Shown one piece after another: positions 20,006 through 29,787 of a stretch of 64,000 nt of DNA. The stretch covers positions 31,315-95,314 of the forward strand of contig CAYRQP010000005.1 of assembly GCA_964426545.1 (NCBI GenBank), given 5' to 3'. The notes beneath the pieces are model-generated. The model was not told the DNA's origin, made no database searches, and worked only from the letters and a program-made list of their open reading frames with translations. Both the position numbers and the translations under genes were made by a program. This stretch comes from an uncultured bacterium. Lineage in GTDB: Bacteria; Fermentibacterota; Fermentibacteria; Fermentibacterales; JCC-6. Within the stretch, counting starts at the first letter, position 1, and the number at the start of each line of letters is the position of its first letter.

Positions 20006-20857
20006 ATGAAATCACAGGGCAGCAGAAAAAGAACAGCTGAAATACTGCTGGGACTGATTCTGCCTGTAATCCTGCTGCTTTGGTGGACACTGGCGACAGG
20101 GGGAGGACAGAATACACTTCTCCCCTCCCCCGGAGCGGTTGCAGAAATTCTCCTGCATCCATTCAGCAATCTCATCTCTACAGGGTCATTTGCCTGGAGT
20201 TTATGCGTGAGTCTTTTGCGGATAATCATTGGGTTTACTCTTGCAGTGATTGTCGGAATACCTGTGGGACTTATGATGGGTGCATCCTCCCATGTCCGGA
20301 AACTGCTTTCTTTCATGGTTGAAATGGCAAGACCGCTTTCTGCAATAGCACTGCTTCCACTTTCTATAATACTGTTCAAGGGGATTACATTCTCTCAGTT
20401 CTTCGGACTGCAGCATCTGCAGTATCAGAAACACATTCTCAATGAAATGCAACTCGGCATGATATTCATTCTGTTCTGGGGCGGTGTATTCCCAATTATA
20501 CTGGGAACAATGCAGGGGGTGCGCAGCGTTCGAAAACTGCACCAGGAAGCGGCATCGATCCTCGGAGCAGGAACGTGGTTCACATTCAGGCATATCATGT
20601 TTCCCGCAGCACTTCCCGATATCTTTCACGGAATGCGGCTTGGTATTGGAAGGTGCTGGATGGTGATAATTGCGGCAGAAATGCTGCCCGGAACGAATGC
20701 AGGCATTGGATATCTGCTGAGATACTCCTATCAACTTTCCCGGTATGATATCATGCTTGCCTGCCTTGTTGTCATTGCCATCATAGGAGCCCTGTTCTCG
20801 CGCGGGCTTGAGGTTGTGGGAGAACGTTCACTTCTACTCCGAAGCAGGGAACGATGA
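20006..20857 (+). CDS. ABC transporter permease, NitT/TauT family
   Basis: SLLRIIIGF..GIPVGLMMG, EAASILGA, IFHGMRLGIG..IIAAEM. Confidence 0.9.
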   Translation: MKSQGSRKRTAEILLGLILPVILLLWWTLATGGGQNTLLPSPGAVAEILLHPFSNLISTGSFAWSLCVSLLRIIIGFTLAVIVGIPVGLMMGASSHVRKLLSFMVEMARPLSAIALLPLSIILFKGITFSQFFGLQHLQYQKHILNEMQLGMIFILFWGGVFPIILGTMQGVRSVRKLHQEAASILGAGTWFTFRHIMFPAALPDIFHGMRLGIGRCWMVIIAAEMLPGTNAGIGYLLRYSYQLSRYDIMLACLVVIAIIGALFSRGLEVVGERSLLLRSRER

Positions 20858-21609
20858 TGGTGAAAGAACATACTGTAACTCTCTCTGAACTCACAAAGAC
20901 ATTTCAAAAGGGGGATGCCCGTCTCCACGCTCTCGGACCTGTGACCTTCGCTATCTCCGAGGGAGAATTCGTGTGCATACTCGGTCCTACGGGATGCGGT
21001 AAGACTACTCTTCTCCGCCTGCTTGCAGGACTCGAAATACCTGATTCGGGGAGCGTTGGATATTCGACTCGGGTTCCGTCAGTCGGATATGTCTTTCAGC
21101 AGGGAGCGCTTTTTCCCTGGATGACAGTGGGCGCAAATATCGAGTTTCCCCTAAAGGCGCGAAAAATAGAAAAAGAAGTCAGGCAACGAAAGGTCAGTGG
21201 CATACTCGAACTCGTTGAGCTGTCTGAATTCCGGAAGAGCTATCCCCATGAACTTTCAGGTGGGATGCAGCAGCGGACTGCTCTGGCACGGGCACTTGTC
21301 ACAAATCCCGGCACTCTGCTACTCGACGAGCCCTTCAACTCACTCGACACGAGAACGGGAGAAATGCTTCAGAATAAACTGACGGACCTCTGGCAGAGTC
21401 TGGACACGACCGTAGTATTTGTGACGCACAATATCGAAGAAGCGGTCTTTCTTGCCGACAGGGTCATTGTTCTTGGTCACAGTCCCGGGCAGATAGTGAG
21501 AGAGGAAAAAATAGACATCTCCCGGCCGCGCAGTAGGTTGTCGGATGAATTCACATCTGTAATGCTCTCGCTGAGGACTACTTTCGAAGAACTTGTTGAA
21601 GTAGAATAG
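20854..21609 (+). CDS. ABC transporter ATP-binding protein, NitT/TauT family
   Basis: GPTGCGKT, LSGGMQQR, LLLDEPF, VFVTHNIEEA. Confidence 0.95.
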   Translation: MMVKEHTVTLSELTKTFQKGDARLHALGPVTFAISEGEFVCILGPTGCGKTTLLRLLAGLEIPDSGSVGYSTRVPSVGYVFQQGALFPWMTVGANIEFPLKARKIEKEVRQRKVSGILELVELSEFRKSYPHELSGGMQQRTALARALVTNPGTLLLDEPFNSLDTRTGEMLQNKLTDLWQSLDTTVVFVTHNIEEAVFLADRVIVLGHSPGQIVREEKIDISRPRSRLSDEFTSVMLSLRTTFEELVEVE

Positions 21610-21612
21610 CAC

Positions 21613-22266
21613 TCAATCTTCCAGTACAAACTCATAGATTACCGAAGTCCACACCCCGACGGGTACTCCGTCTTGTCTTTTTGCAGGTATCCAGCTGCTG
21701 TTCATCAGTGCGGCTTCAGCCGCGGCATCCATGCCTGCAAGACCGGAACTCTGGATAGTGACGATCTCAACCGGTTCTCCGGTTTCACTAATGAACACCT
21801 GAAGAATAACCCGCCCTTCCACACCTGCCTGCCTTGCCATTTCGGGGTATTCGGGCATGGGGCGGTATGTGCAAGCGGGAGGGGTGCTGTGCGGGACAAA
21901 GGTGCCCGGCACCGGTATTTCGTCAGGGTCGTCCTGATGATGTTCGATATTGGAACTGACGGTGAGTGCTGTCGAAAGCCCAGTAGTATCTTCTACAAGA
22001 CTGATGACTGTAAGGGGCTGCACAACTTCGGGTATTTCATTCCGGACTATTTCTTCTACATCCACCTGCTTCTCTTCGGGAAGTCCAGGCGGAATTTCAT
22101 AGAGTTCCCCCGCGTCCACTCCCGTCATTTCATCAGTTGTTGTTTTCGATGCAAGTCTTCCGATACCTGCCCCGGGTATAGCTTCGAATGCAATGATGAG
22201 GATTGCCAGTGAACATAGTACACCTATGTCCATCGATCTGGTTTGTTTCTTATCTGTTAATTTCAT
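21613..22266 (-). CDS. tonB: Energy transducer TonB family protein
   Basis: N-terminal TM, Pro/Glu-rich linker, PEYPEMARQAGVEGRVILQVFISETG..WIPAKRQDGVPV. Confidence 0.85.
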   Translation of the reverse strand: MKLTDKKQTRSMDIGVLCSLAILIIAFEAIPGAGIGRLASKTTTDEMTGVDAGELYEIPPGLPEEKQVDVEEIVRNEIPEVVQPLTVISLVEDTTGLSTALTVSSNIEHHQDDPDEIPVPGTFVPHSTPPACTYRPMPEYPEMARQAGVEGRVILQVFISETGEPVEIVTIQSSGLAGMDAAAEAALMNSSWIPAKRQDGVPVGVWTSVIYEFVLED

Positions 22267-22436
22267 GATTTTCTCCCTTCAGATGTTATACATCCGAAGT
22301 GAGATGTTTATTCCGAGGAACGGCTTGAAAAGCAGAAATTACAGAAATTTGAAGAGATTTGGATAAATATGCGAATTATCCGCCAAACCGTCTATAAAGT
22401 GGACAACTGAGTGGAAGGAATGACGTACGGTACCGG

Positions 22437-22571
22437 TTACTTTTTCCTGAGGAGCAGGAAAAGCATGGTGGCGATGCTGTCGAGGGACACGAGTCCCGCG
22501 AGGACAAGATAGTCTCCGGGATTATTGTATCCGAACGCCAGCCTGAGTATCAGGAATATTATTGTTCCCAT
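22437..22571 (-). CDS. Small 44-aa hydrophobic protein (absent from ORF track)
   Basis: AAGGAGG RBS 7 nt before ATG; MGTIIFLILRLAFGYNNPGDYLVLAGLVSLDSIATMLFLLLRKK*. Confidence 0.6.
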   Translation of the reverse strand: MGTIIFLILRLAFGYNNPGDYLVLAGLVSLDSIATMLFLLLRKK

Positions 22572-22698
22572 TGTCTAACCTCCTTACCTACACATAAGAT
22601 ATAAATAACCCGCCAATATGACAAGTTTGTTATTATTCATATATTTACATATTATGGATTGGGACGTAAACTGAAGTAAATCTGATGCAAGGGGTGTT

Positions 22699-23835
22699 TT
22701 GGTTTCAGAGAAACATACTGTCGAAATATTAGGTACAACTTTCATTTTTCAAGGAATACTGGAAGCTGACGAAGCTCATCTGATTGAGTCCGCCCTTGCA
22801 AAAAACCGCAGGGATATTATCAGGAAGAAAGAAGTGACAATAGATATGAGCGACTGCTCCGGTGCTGATACTGTGGCAGCAGTCGTAATCTATACTTTTT
22901 GCAGGGAAGTGAAGCAGAAAGGTGTTAAAGTAACCACCATAGGTTTCACGGCTGACCTGAGAAATCTCTTCTCGTCCTTTGAAAGGCACGAGCAGTCCGA
23001 TCCCCCTGAGAAAAAGGACATTAGTCTCCGCAGGACTTTCGTGGGTATAGGGGAGATGGTATATGAACTCGGGAAGACACTCAAAGGACTGAATCTCTTT
23101 CTTTTCGATGCTGTTAATGCACTTTATACGCTAATACTCAGCCCAAGGAAAATCCGCTGGCGGATGGTATTCTATTACATGGAGGAGGCCGGGCTCAAGA
23201 GCCTTCCGATAGTCGCAACATTGACCTGGCTTATGGGGACTGTTCTGGGATATCAGGCAGGCTATCAGCTGAAGATGTTTGCGGCAGGTTCCTTTATGCC
23301 TTCGATGATCGGTTACAGTATTACCTGGGAAATCGGCCCGATGCTTGCAGCTGTTCTCGTGGCAGGTCGCTCCGGCTCTGCATTTGCAGCTGAAATAGGT
23401 ACGATGAAGGTGAGACAGGAAGTCGATGCCCTTAAAGTCATGGACTTCAGTCCCTTCGATTATCTCGTTACCCCGAAACTTGTTGCTCTTCTGTTTGTGA
23501 TGCCGCTTGTAGTTCTAGTCGCCGACTGTGCTGGTATTGTCGGGGGGCTTCTGGCAGGGGGGGTATTCCTCGGTATGTCGGCTGACACATATCTGCATTC
23601 CATCAGTCTATCCCTACTTCCGATTGATTTTCTCTGGGGTATGATGAAGGGGCTTGTTTATGCGATAATAATAGCCAATACCGGGTGTTATATCGGCATG
23701 AGGGTCAGGGGCGGCGCTGCTGAGGTGGGAAGGGCAACTACCGGTGCTGTTGTCTACAGTATTTTTCTGGTTATTCTCGCAGATGCTCTACTCTCACTGC
23801 TGTTCGTTCACATAAGACCGGGAATAAGTATTTAG
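22699..23835 (+). CDS. MlaE-family ABC permease with N-terminal STAS-like domain
   Basis: IDMSDCSGADT (STAS-like); EIGPMLAAVLVAGRSGSAFAAEIGTMKVRQEVDAL. Confidence 0.9.
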   Translation: MVSEKHTVEILGTTFIFQGILEADEAHLIESALAKNRRDIIRKKEVTIDMSDCSGADTVAAVVIYTFCREVKQKGVKVTTIGFTADLRNLFSSFERHEQSDPPEKKDISLRRTFVGIGEMVYELGKTLKGLNLFLFDAVNALYTLILSPRKIRWRMVFYYMEEAGLKSLPIVATLTWLMGTVLGYQAGYQLKMFAAGSFMPSMIGYSITWEIGPMLAAVLVAGRSGSAFAAEIGTMKVRQEVDALKVMDFSPFDYLVTPKLVALLFVMPLVVLVADCAGIVGGLLAGGVFLGMSADTYLHSISLSLLPIDFLWGMMKGLVYAIIIANTGCYIGMRVRGGAAEVGRATTGAVVYSIFLVILADALLSLLFVHIRPGISI

Positions 23836-23836
23836 T

Positions 23837-24610
23837 ATGCCAAAAAATAATTTAATAGCCGTTGAGAATCTCCAGGGGGGGTATGGTACGGGGGAGGACA
23901 GGCATCTTGTCCTCGATGACCTGAACATGACTGTAAGAAAAGGTGAAATACTCGCAATTGTCGGGCCGAGTGGATGTGGTAAAAGCACGGTCATGCGTAA
24001 TCTGATCGGTCTCGAGAAACCGTGGAAGGGGCGAATTCTCTTCGATGGAAGAGACATACATAAAACAGATGAAGCTCTGTCAGCGGCACGCAGGCGATGG
24101 GGGATTACATTTCAATCCGGGGCTCTTCTAGGAAACCTGACGATTCTCGAAAATGTGATGCTTCCGCTTCAGGAATACACATCGCTCTCCCCATTTGAAA
24201 TAAAACTCACTGCATATGAAAAACTGGAAACAGTCGGACTCGATACACTGGGGGCATCATATCCAATGGACATATCCGGAGGGCAGCAGAAGAGGGCGGG
24301 ACTCGCACGGGCGATTGCACTCGACCCCGAAGTTCTCTTCTTCGATGAACCTTCAGCGGGACTGGATCCGATTACATCATCACGGCTTGATAACCTGATA
24401 ATCAAGATAAATAAAGTCTTCAATACAACAGTAGTGATAGTTACCCACGAACTTGCAAGTATCTATGCGATTTCCGACAGAGTGGTCATGCTCGACCCAC
24501 TGGAAAAACGCATCATTGCAGAAGGACAGGCGACTGACCTTCGTGATAATTCTTCAGATGAACGGGTACTTGCATTCTTCAGACGCGAAGATATTTCAAA
24601 GAGAGGATAA
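23837..24610 (+). CDS. MlaF-family ABC ATP-binding protein
   Basis: GPSGCGKS, FQSGALL, ISGGQQKRAGLARAIALDP, FFDEPSAGLDP. Confidence 0.92.
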   Translation: MPKNNLIAVENLQGGYGTGEDRHLVLDDLNMTVRKGEILAIVGPSGCGKSTVMRNLIGLEKPWKGRILFDGRDIHKTDEALSAARRRWGITFQSGALLGNLTILENVMLPLQEYTSLSPFEIKLTAYEKLETVGLDTLGASYPMDISGGQQKRAGLARAIALDPEVLFFDEPSAGLDPITSSRLDNLIIKINKVFNTTVVIVTHELASIYAISDRVVMLDPLEKRIIAEGQATDLRDNSSDERVLAFFRREDISKRG

Positions 24611-24614
24611 GATA

Positions 24615-25472
24615 ATGGCACAAAAAGCCAACAGGTTCCGGCTGGGACTTTTCTTTTCCATTGGTGTGCTGCTTCTGATTACCATCATTCTCTGGCTGAC
24701 AGGGGGTTTCAAGCACAAAAAAGTTAAAACCTATGTCTGTTATTTCGAGTGGTCGGTACAGGGATTGAATGAAGGCGGGAATGTGCTTTACAACGGTGTT
24801 CCTGTGGGTAAGATAAAAACTATCGAAGTGGCTCCGGACGGAAATCTCGTGGAAGTGATAGTCGATATCGAGAAGAGCTTTACCGTTGGTCCAACGGTCG
24901 TTGCTACTCTGCAGATGACCGGAATTACCGGACTGAAATCGATGAATCTAAGCCATACGACGACAGGGGTATCACCACCCCATTACGAGTTCGCCGAATA
25001 CCCGGTCATTCCTGTTAGTCCGGGAGCCGTTCAGGCAGTCACAACTACATTCGAGCGAATCACAGAAATAATCCATGAGGTCAATTTCAAGGAAGTGGGT
25101 GAGGAGGTAACTACACTGCTTCACAATGTAAACACTATTCTCGACGGGGACATGATAGAGAATATAGAAGAATCCATCCTCCGGAACTCACAGAATCTCG
25201 ATACTCTGCTTGTCACATATACCAAACTCGGCAGGGACCTTGATGCACTTATAGTCAACCTCGATGCACCGGAACTGGCAGGCAGCATCGATTCACTAAT
25301 GACAAGAATAGACGGATTTATAGAACCGTTCGATAATTTCATGGTACAATTGAATGAGATTACGGTAGAGACCAATAATCTGATCGAGAGTATCAGGTTC
25401 ATATTCGAAATACTGCAGAACGGTCCCGGAGAATTTATGATTCCGACTTCCGGAGAAGGAGTGTGGCAATGA
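24615..25472 (+). CDS. MlaD/MCE-domain protein
   Basis: RFRLGLF TM, SVQGLNEGGNVLYNGVPVGKI, helical C-terminus; ATG 24615 preferred. Confidence 0.88.
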   Translation: MAQKANRFRLGLFFSIGVLLLITIILWLTGGFKHKKVKTYVCYFEWSVQGLNEGGNVLYNGVPVGKIKTIEVAPDGNLVEVIVDIEKSFTVGPTVVATLQMTGITGLKSMNLSHTTTGVSPPHYEFAEYPVIPVSPGAVQAVTTTFERITEIIHEVNFKEVGEEVTTLLHNVNTILDGDMIENIEESILRNSQNLDTLLVTYTKLGRDLDALIVNLDAPELAGSIDSLMTRIDGFIEPFDNFMVQLNEITVETNNLIESIRFIFEILQNGPGEFMIPTSGEGVWQ

Positions 25473-26101
25473 GATTGAAAATAACTACAGCAGTGATAAC
25501 GAGCATATCAATTCTGTCGATGTTCACGGGATGCATTACAGTCAATGTACCTATAGGCACTTCAAGTACTTCGCAGGTAGAAATCTGGAAAATAGACTAT
25601 CTACAGCCCGGTTCATGGGGATACACGACAGAGAAGATGATACGCATAGATGATTTCAGAAGCGTTAATTTTCTGAACAGTACGGAGATTGTGATTCAGC
25701 TATTCGACGGTACATTGAACATCGCCGAAACAGACATATGGGATACATTCCCCGGAAAGGCACTTCCTGATTTTCTTACGAGAGATATGCTGGCAGACGG
25801 TTATTATGCCGGGGTTTTCAGGTCAGCAACCGTCCTCATCGAAGATATTACAGTCAACGGCTTCATCAGGCAGTTTGGCGGTAAGGTTACTTCCGACGGC
25901 TGGGAAGCAGTACTCGACATCGATGTAACTGTCATCGATCCCGTTTATAGTACGATTATTCTGCAGAAGAATTACAGCACCCAGTATTCGCTTGAAACTC
26001 CGAGTTATGCTGCTCTTGCTGAGGGGATGGGAATTCTCATCCAGATATTCTCAGAAGAATTACGGGGTGACATTTATTCGGCAATGCTGCCGGTCAGATA
26101 A
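25463..26101 (+). CDS. PqiC-like ABC transport auxiliary lipoprotein
   Basis: Lipobox FTGC; position after MCE gene; typical fold pattern (GFIRQF..AVLDIDV). Confidence 0.65.
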   Translation: MAMRLKITTAVITSISILSMFTGCITVNVPIGTSSTSQVEIWKIDYLQPGSWGYTTEKMIRIDDFRSVNFLNSTEIVIQLFDGTLNIAETDIWDTFPGKALPDFLTRDMLADGYYAGVFRSATVLIEDITVNGFIRQFGGKVTSDGWEAVLDIDVTVIDPVYSTIILQKNYSTQYSLETPSYAALAEGMGILIQIFSEELRGDIYSAMLPVR

Positions 26102-26206
26102 TCCCACGGCTGAATCTGTAGATAAGAACTAACCCCCTTGCGGAGCTTATTATATTATGATGGATTTGTTATTTGACTCTTTCACTAATACATATTCGGG
26201 AGATTT

Positions 26207-27124
26207 ATGAAACTATTCGGCAGAAAAGAAAAACAGAAAACACCGGTGCAGAAGGAACAGACGGCTCCACCGCAGGATGACCTGAATAACTACATAATTG
26301 TCATTCTCGACAGTTGCCGCTTCGATACATTCATGGAAGCATCCCCGCAGACCATCATGAAACTCGGTGAAGTAGAGAAACGCTATAGTTATGCATCCTG
26401 GACTGCTCCTTCGCATTATAACCTTCTAATGGGTTTGATGCCTCATGTCAGCCCGAGCAATGTATTTGCATCTGAATACTACAAGGAGGATTTTCTCCGA
26501 TTCAATGAAAGACTCGGGGCTGAGGGAGTCAGTTTTAAAAGCCTTGTACCCAAACTGTACCTACCAAGTTATCTGCGCAACTCTCTCGGGTACATCACCC
26601 GGGGAATGGTATCGCTTCCGGTTCTGAACAGCTACACTCCGGTAAATACAGGCTTCGATTCGTGGAAACTGATGGACAAGCACAATGACATGATGGCAAT
26701 GGTCGATGCAATGACCTTTTCCCCAAACCGCCCCAGTTTCTACCTACTGAATGTGGGGGAGACCCATTATCCGTATGCTCTTCCGAGCGAACCGAAGAAT
26801 GAATGGCCCAGGATAAGCGGTGTTCATGGTGTCTTCAAGCATCTCGATGACCATATAGTCGGTGGGAAGCTGATCTCGGACAAGGATGCCCCGAAGTTCT
26901 TCGACCGGGAGCAATTGGACAGGCTGAAAGCACGGCAGGTCGAGACAGTCCGCTATTTAGACACTGTATTCGACAAACTGTTCGACATAGTCCCGAAGAA
27001 CACATACATAACGGTAACATCCGACCATGGTGAACTTTTCGGTGAAAACGGGTACTTCGGGCATGGTCCGATATTCCACGAGAAAGTATTCGAAGTGCCT
27101 TTTTTAGAAGGCAAAATAAGGTAA
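26207..27124 (+). CDS. Alkaline phosphatase/sulfatase superfamily metalloenzyme
   Basis: ILDSCRFD, SWTAPSH, ETHYPY, TSDHGELFGE..GHG. Confidence 0.8.
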   Translation: MKLFGRKEKQKTPVQKEQTAPPQDDLNNYIIVILDSCRFDTFMEASPQTIMKLGEVEKRYSYASWTAPSHYNLLMGLMPHVSPSNVFASEYYKEDFLRFNERLGAEGVSFKSLVPKLYLPSYLRNSLGYITRGMVSLPVLNSYTPVNTGFDSWKLMDKHNDMMAMVDAMTFSPNRPSFYLLNVGETHYPYALPSEPKNEWPRISGVHGVFKHLDDHIVGGKLISDKDAPKFFDREQLDRLKARQVETVRYLDTVFDKLFDIVPKNTYITVTSDHGELFGENGYFGHGPIFHEKVFEVPFLEGKIR

Positions 27125-27148
27125 AATTAACAAAGGAGAAGACAGGCA

Positions 27149-29002
27149 ATGACAGAGCGTGTACGCAAACTGAAATTCAAATCTGAAACACAAAAAGTGC
27201 TTGACATAGTAATCAACAGTTTATACTCACACCCGGATATTTTTCTGCGGGAACTTATTTCCAACTCATCCGATGCACTGGACAAAGTGCGTTTCGAGAT
27301 GCTCACGAATAAGAAACTCTCCACAAAAGAGGATCTGAAAATAACGATTATTCCCGATGCAGAAGCCGGAACACTCACGATAAGAGATAACGGCATAGGA
27401 ATGACTGAGGATGAAATGGCAGACAATCTCGGTACAATAGCCGGTTCGGGCACCCGTAACTTTCTCGACAAGATAAAAGACAGCAAGAAAGAAGCAACTC
27501 CGGAGATGATAGGACAGTTCGGTGTGGGTTTCTACTCATCATTTATGGTTGCCGACAGGGTAGAAGTATTCTCGAAAAGAGCCGGTTCGAAAGAAACTGG
27601 TCATAAATGGTATTCCACCGGTCACGAGACTTTTAACATGAGGGCAGAAGAGAATGTTCCTGCTGGTACGAGTGTAGTTCTTTATCTCAAGGAAGACATG
27701 AAGGAATATGTCGAGAGTTACAGACTCCGCGAACTCGTCAAGAAGTACTCTGACTTCATTTCATATCCGGTTTTCATCGAAGTCGAAGATGAAACGGACA
27801 AGGATCAGGTAAACACGGGGAAACCAATCTGGACCCGTTCAGAGGACGATGTCGAAGACGAAGAGTACAATGAATTCTACAAACATGCGACCTTCGATGC
27901 ACAGGAGCCGCTTTCCCGGCTCGTCTTCCACGCAGAAGGCGTAATGGAGTTCTACTCACTTCTTTTCATACCGTCACACAGGACGATGGAGATGCTCATG
28001 CCTGATTACAAGACAGGCGTAAAACTCTATATCAAAAAGGTGATGATAAAGGAGGAAGCCGATGAGATTCTTCCGAAGTACCTCCGTTTTCTCAAAGGTG
28101 TGGTGGAATCGTCGGACCTTCCGCTGAATATCTCGCGCGAGACGCTTCAGAATAACAGGACAGTCAAAGCAATCAACAATGCCATAACGGGTAAAGTCCT
28201 GAACTGGCTTACGGACATGAAGAAAGATGATATCGAGAGATACACGAAGTTCTTCGAGAATTTCGGGGATTTCATCAAGGAAGGTGTTTACTCTGACTAT
28301 CAGCACAGGGAAAAACTTGCCAACCTTCTCCTCGTATGGACGAATAATAGTGGAGATGAGCGGAAGGGACTCGAAGAGATTGTTGAAGCGATGCCCGAGA
28401 AAACAGAAAAGATATTCTATATCACAGGGCTCGACAGGAAGGAACTGGCGAATTCCCCCTATCTCGAAGCAGCGGGAAAAGATGCTGAAGTAGTTCTTCT
28501 CGACAGCCCGATAGATGAATTTACTGTCGAAGCTCTCATGGAGTATAAGGGAAAGAAGTTTGTTTCGCTTTTGAAGGAGTCCGCGGAAGACGACCTGACT
28601 GAGCAGGAGAAGGCTGAGAAGAAAACAGCTGAGGAAGCTTTTGCCGGCTTACTCGAATTCATGAAGGATCAGCTGGGTGACAAGGTCGAAGCAGTCAAGA
28701 TTTCACCGCGTCTGAAAGACAGTCCGTGCATCATAGTGATGGACAAGAACGATGTGGGCGACATGTTCCGCAGGATGATGGCGACGATGGAGCAGGAAGT
28801 CCCGAAGCCCAAGCACATCCTTGAACTCAACCTGCAGCATCCGCTTTTGGAAAAACTCCAGAAGCTCTACGATGAGGATCGCTCGGGTGACGAATTGAAG
28901 ACAATGATAACCACCGTCCACGCCCTTGCCCAGATATTCGCCGGCTCCCGCCCCGACAACCCCGCCGAGTTCGGCAAACTCATCACCAACCTCCTCCTCT
29001 AA
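27149..29002 (+). CDS. htpG: Molecular chaperone HtpG (Hsp90)
   Basis: FLRELISNSSDALDK, DNLGTIAGSG, IGQFGVGFYS, LPLNISRE, LELNLQHPL. Confidence 0.97.
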   Translation: MTERVRKLKFKSETQKVLDIVINSLYSHPDIFLRELISNSSDALDKVRFEMLTNKKLSTKEDLKITIIPDAEAGTLTIRDNGIGMTEDEMADNLGTIAGSGTRNFLDKIKDSKKEATPEMIGQFGVGFYSSFMVADRVEVFSKRAGSKETGHKWYSTGHETFNMRAEENVPAGTSVVLYLKEDMKEYVESYRLRELVKKYSDFISYPVFIEVEDETDKDQVNTGKPIWTRSEDDVEDEEYNEFYKHATFDAQEPLSRLVFHAEGVMEFYSLLFIPSHRTMEMLMPDYKTGVKLYIKKVMIKEEADEILPKYLRFLKGVVESSDLPLNISRETLQNNRTVKAINNAITGKVLNWLTDMKKDDIERYTKFFENFGDFIKEGVYSDYQHREKLANLLLVWTNNSGDERKGLEEIVEAMPEKTEKIFYITGLDRKELANSPYLEAAGKDAEVVLLDSPIDEFTVEALMEYKGKKFVSLLKESAEDDLTEQEKAEKKTAEEAFAGLLEFMKDQLGDKVEAVKISPRLKDSPCIIVMDKNDVGDMFRRMMATMEQEVPKPKHILELNLQHPLLEKLQKLYDEDRSGDELKTMITTVHALAQIFAGSRPDNPAEFGKLITNLLL

Positions 29003-29568
29003 CGGTATTGAGCTAAGGATAATAAAAGTACCTGGCACCTTTTCTTATTACTATCTCCAGCGACAGCAGTGGTTCCGTTGTATGTTGAAGGAAGTTCTGT
29101 GTAGTCGCCGGTTGCAGGATCTGTTCTGTACAGGATATCATTCTGGATGATCATGAGGGCATCGCCGGCCCAACATAGGAACTGTGTTCCGACATAGGAT
29201 CCCGGGATGGATTCCCAGTCTCCGTTCATCGGATCTATCCTGTAGATGTTTCCGATTTGAGCACTGTAAAGGAATTCATCGCTGGCAGCAAGTGCATTTG
29301 TACCGTCCCAGGATTCTGAAAGCACCGTCCATGACCCATCCGCGGGATTCGCTTTGTAGAGTGTGTTACCCTGTATCGCAAAGAGTTCTCCGGAGTGCCC
29401 TACCATGAGTTCTGTTCCCGCCCAACTGCTGCTGAGGGTTGTCCAGCTGCCGTCGTGCGAATCCACATCATACAGGATATCACCATCGACAGCAAAAAGC
29501 TGATCCGCTGCTGCGGTTCCCACAAGCAACAGTAGAGTCGCAAGTATGAAATACCTCAATTTGTTCAT
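28999..29568 (-). CDS. Secreted protein with four ~37-aa beta-propeller-like repeats
   Basis: Signal peptide MNKLRYFILATLLLLVGTAAA; repeats LF.(I/V)..LY..(D/N)P..G.W..L..S(W/Y).GT; GAAGGAG RBS before 29568. Confidence 0.75.
   Translation of the reverse strand: MNKLRYFILATLLLLVGTAAADQLFAVDGDILYDVDSHDGSWTTLSSSWAGTELMVGHSGELFAIQGNTLYKANPADGSWTVLSESWDGTNALAASDEFLYSAQIGNIYRIDPMNGDWESIPGSYVGTQFLCWAGDALMIIQNDILYRTDPATGDYTELPSTYNGTTAVAGDSNKKRCQVLLLSLAQYR
29024..29044. repeat. REP-like palindrome family C (AAAAG[T/G][A/G]CC[T/A]GG[C/T]AC..TTT)
   Basis: AAAAGTACCTGGCACCTTTTC; reverse complement matches the copies at 38540 and 38592. Confidence 0.6.
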
Positions 29569-29706
29569 TCTCTCTCCTTCATCCGGTTGCATCGAAACTC
29601 CGACTTCAGTACCGCACGTCACTTACTTATTGCATAGTCAGTACGGTACGGTACTTGTGCTAAGTGTCCTTCCACCTAGTTGGCGGATTTATTACACTAT
29701 TACATA

Positions 29707-29758
29707 GGGACATGACTTTAGTCGTGTCCCGTTGTTCTGTCTTGCTTTAGTCGTGTCC
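29707..29758. repeat. REP-like hairpin GGGACATGAC-TTTA-GTCGTGTCCC plus partial second copy
   Basis: Hairpin 29707-29730; CTTTAGTCGTGTCC repeated at 29745-29758; related to family B at 37584 and 39982. Confidence 0.6.
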
Positions 29759-29787
29759 GCTTCGTGGGCATCGAGAGGGTTGTCTGT

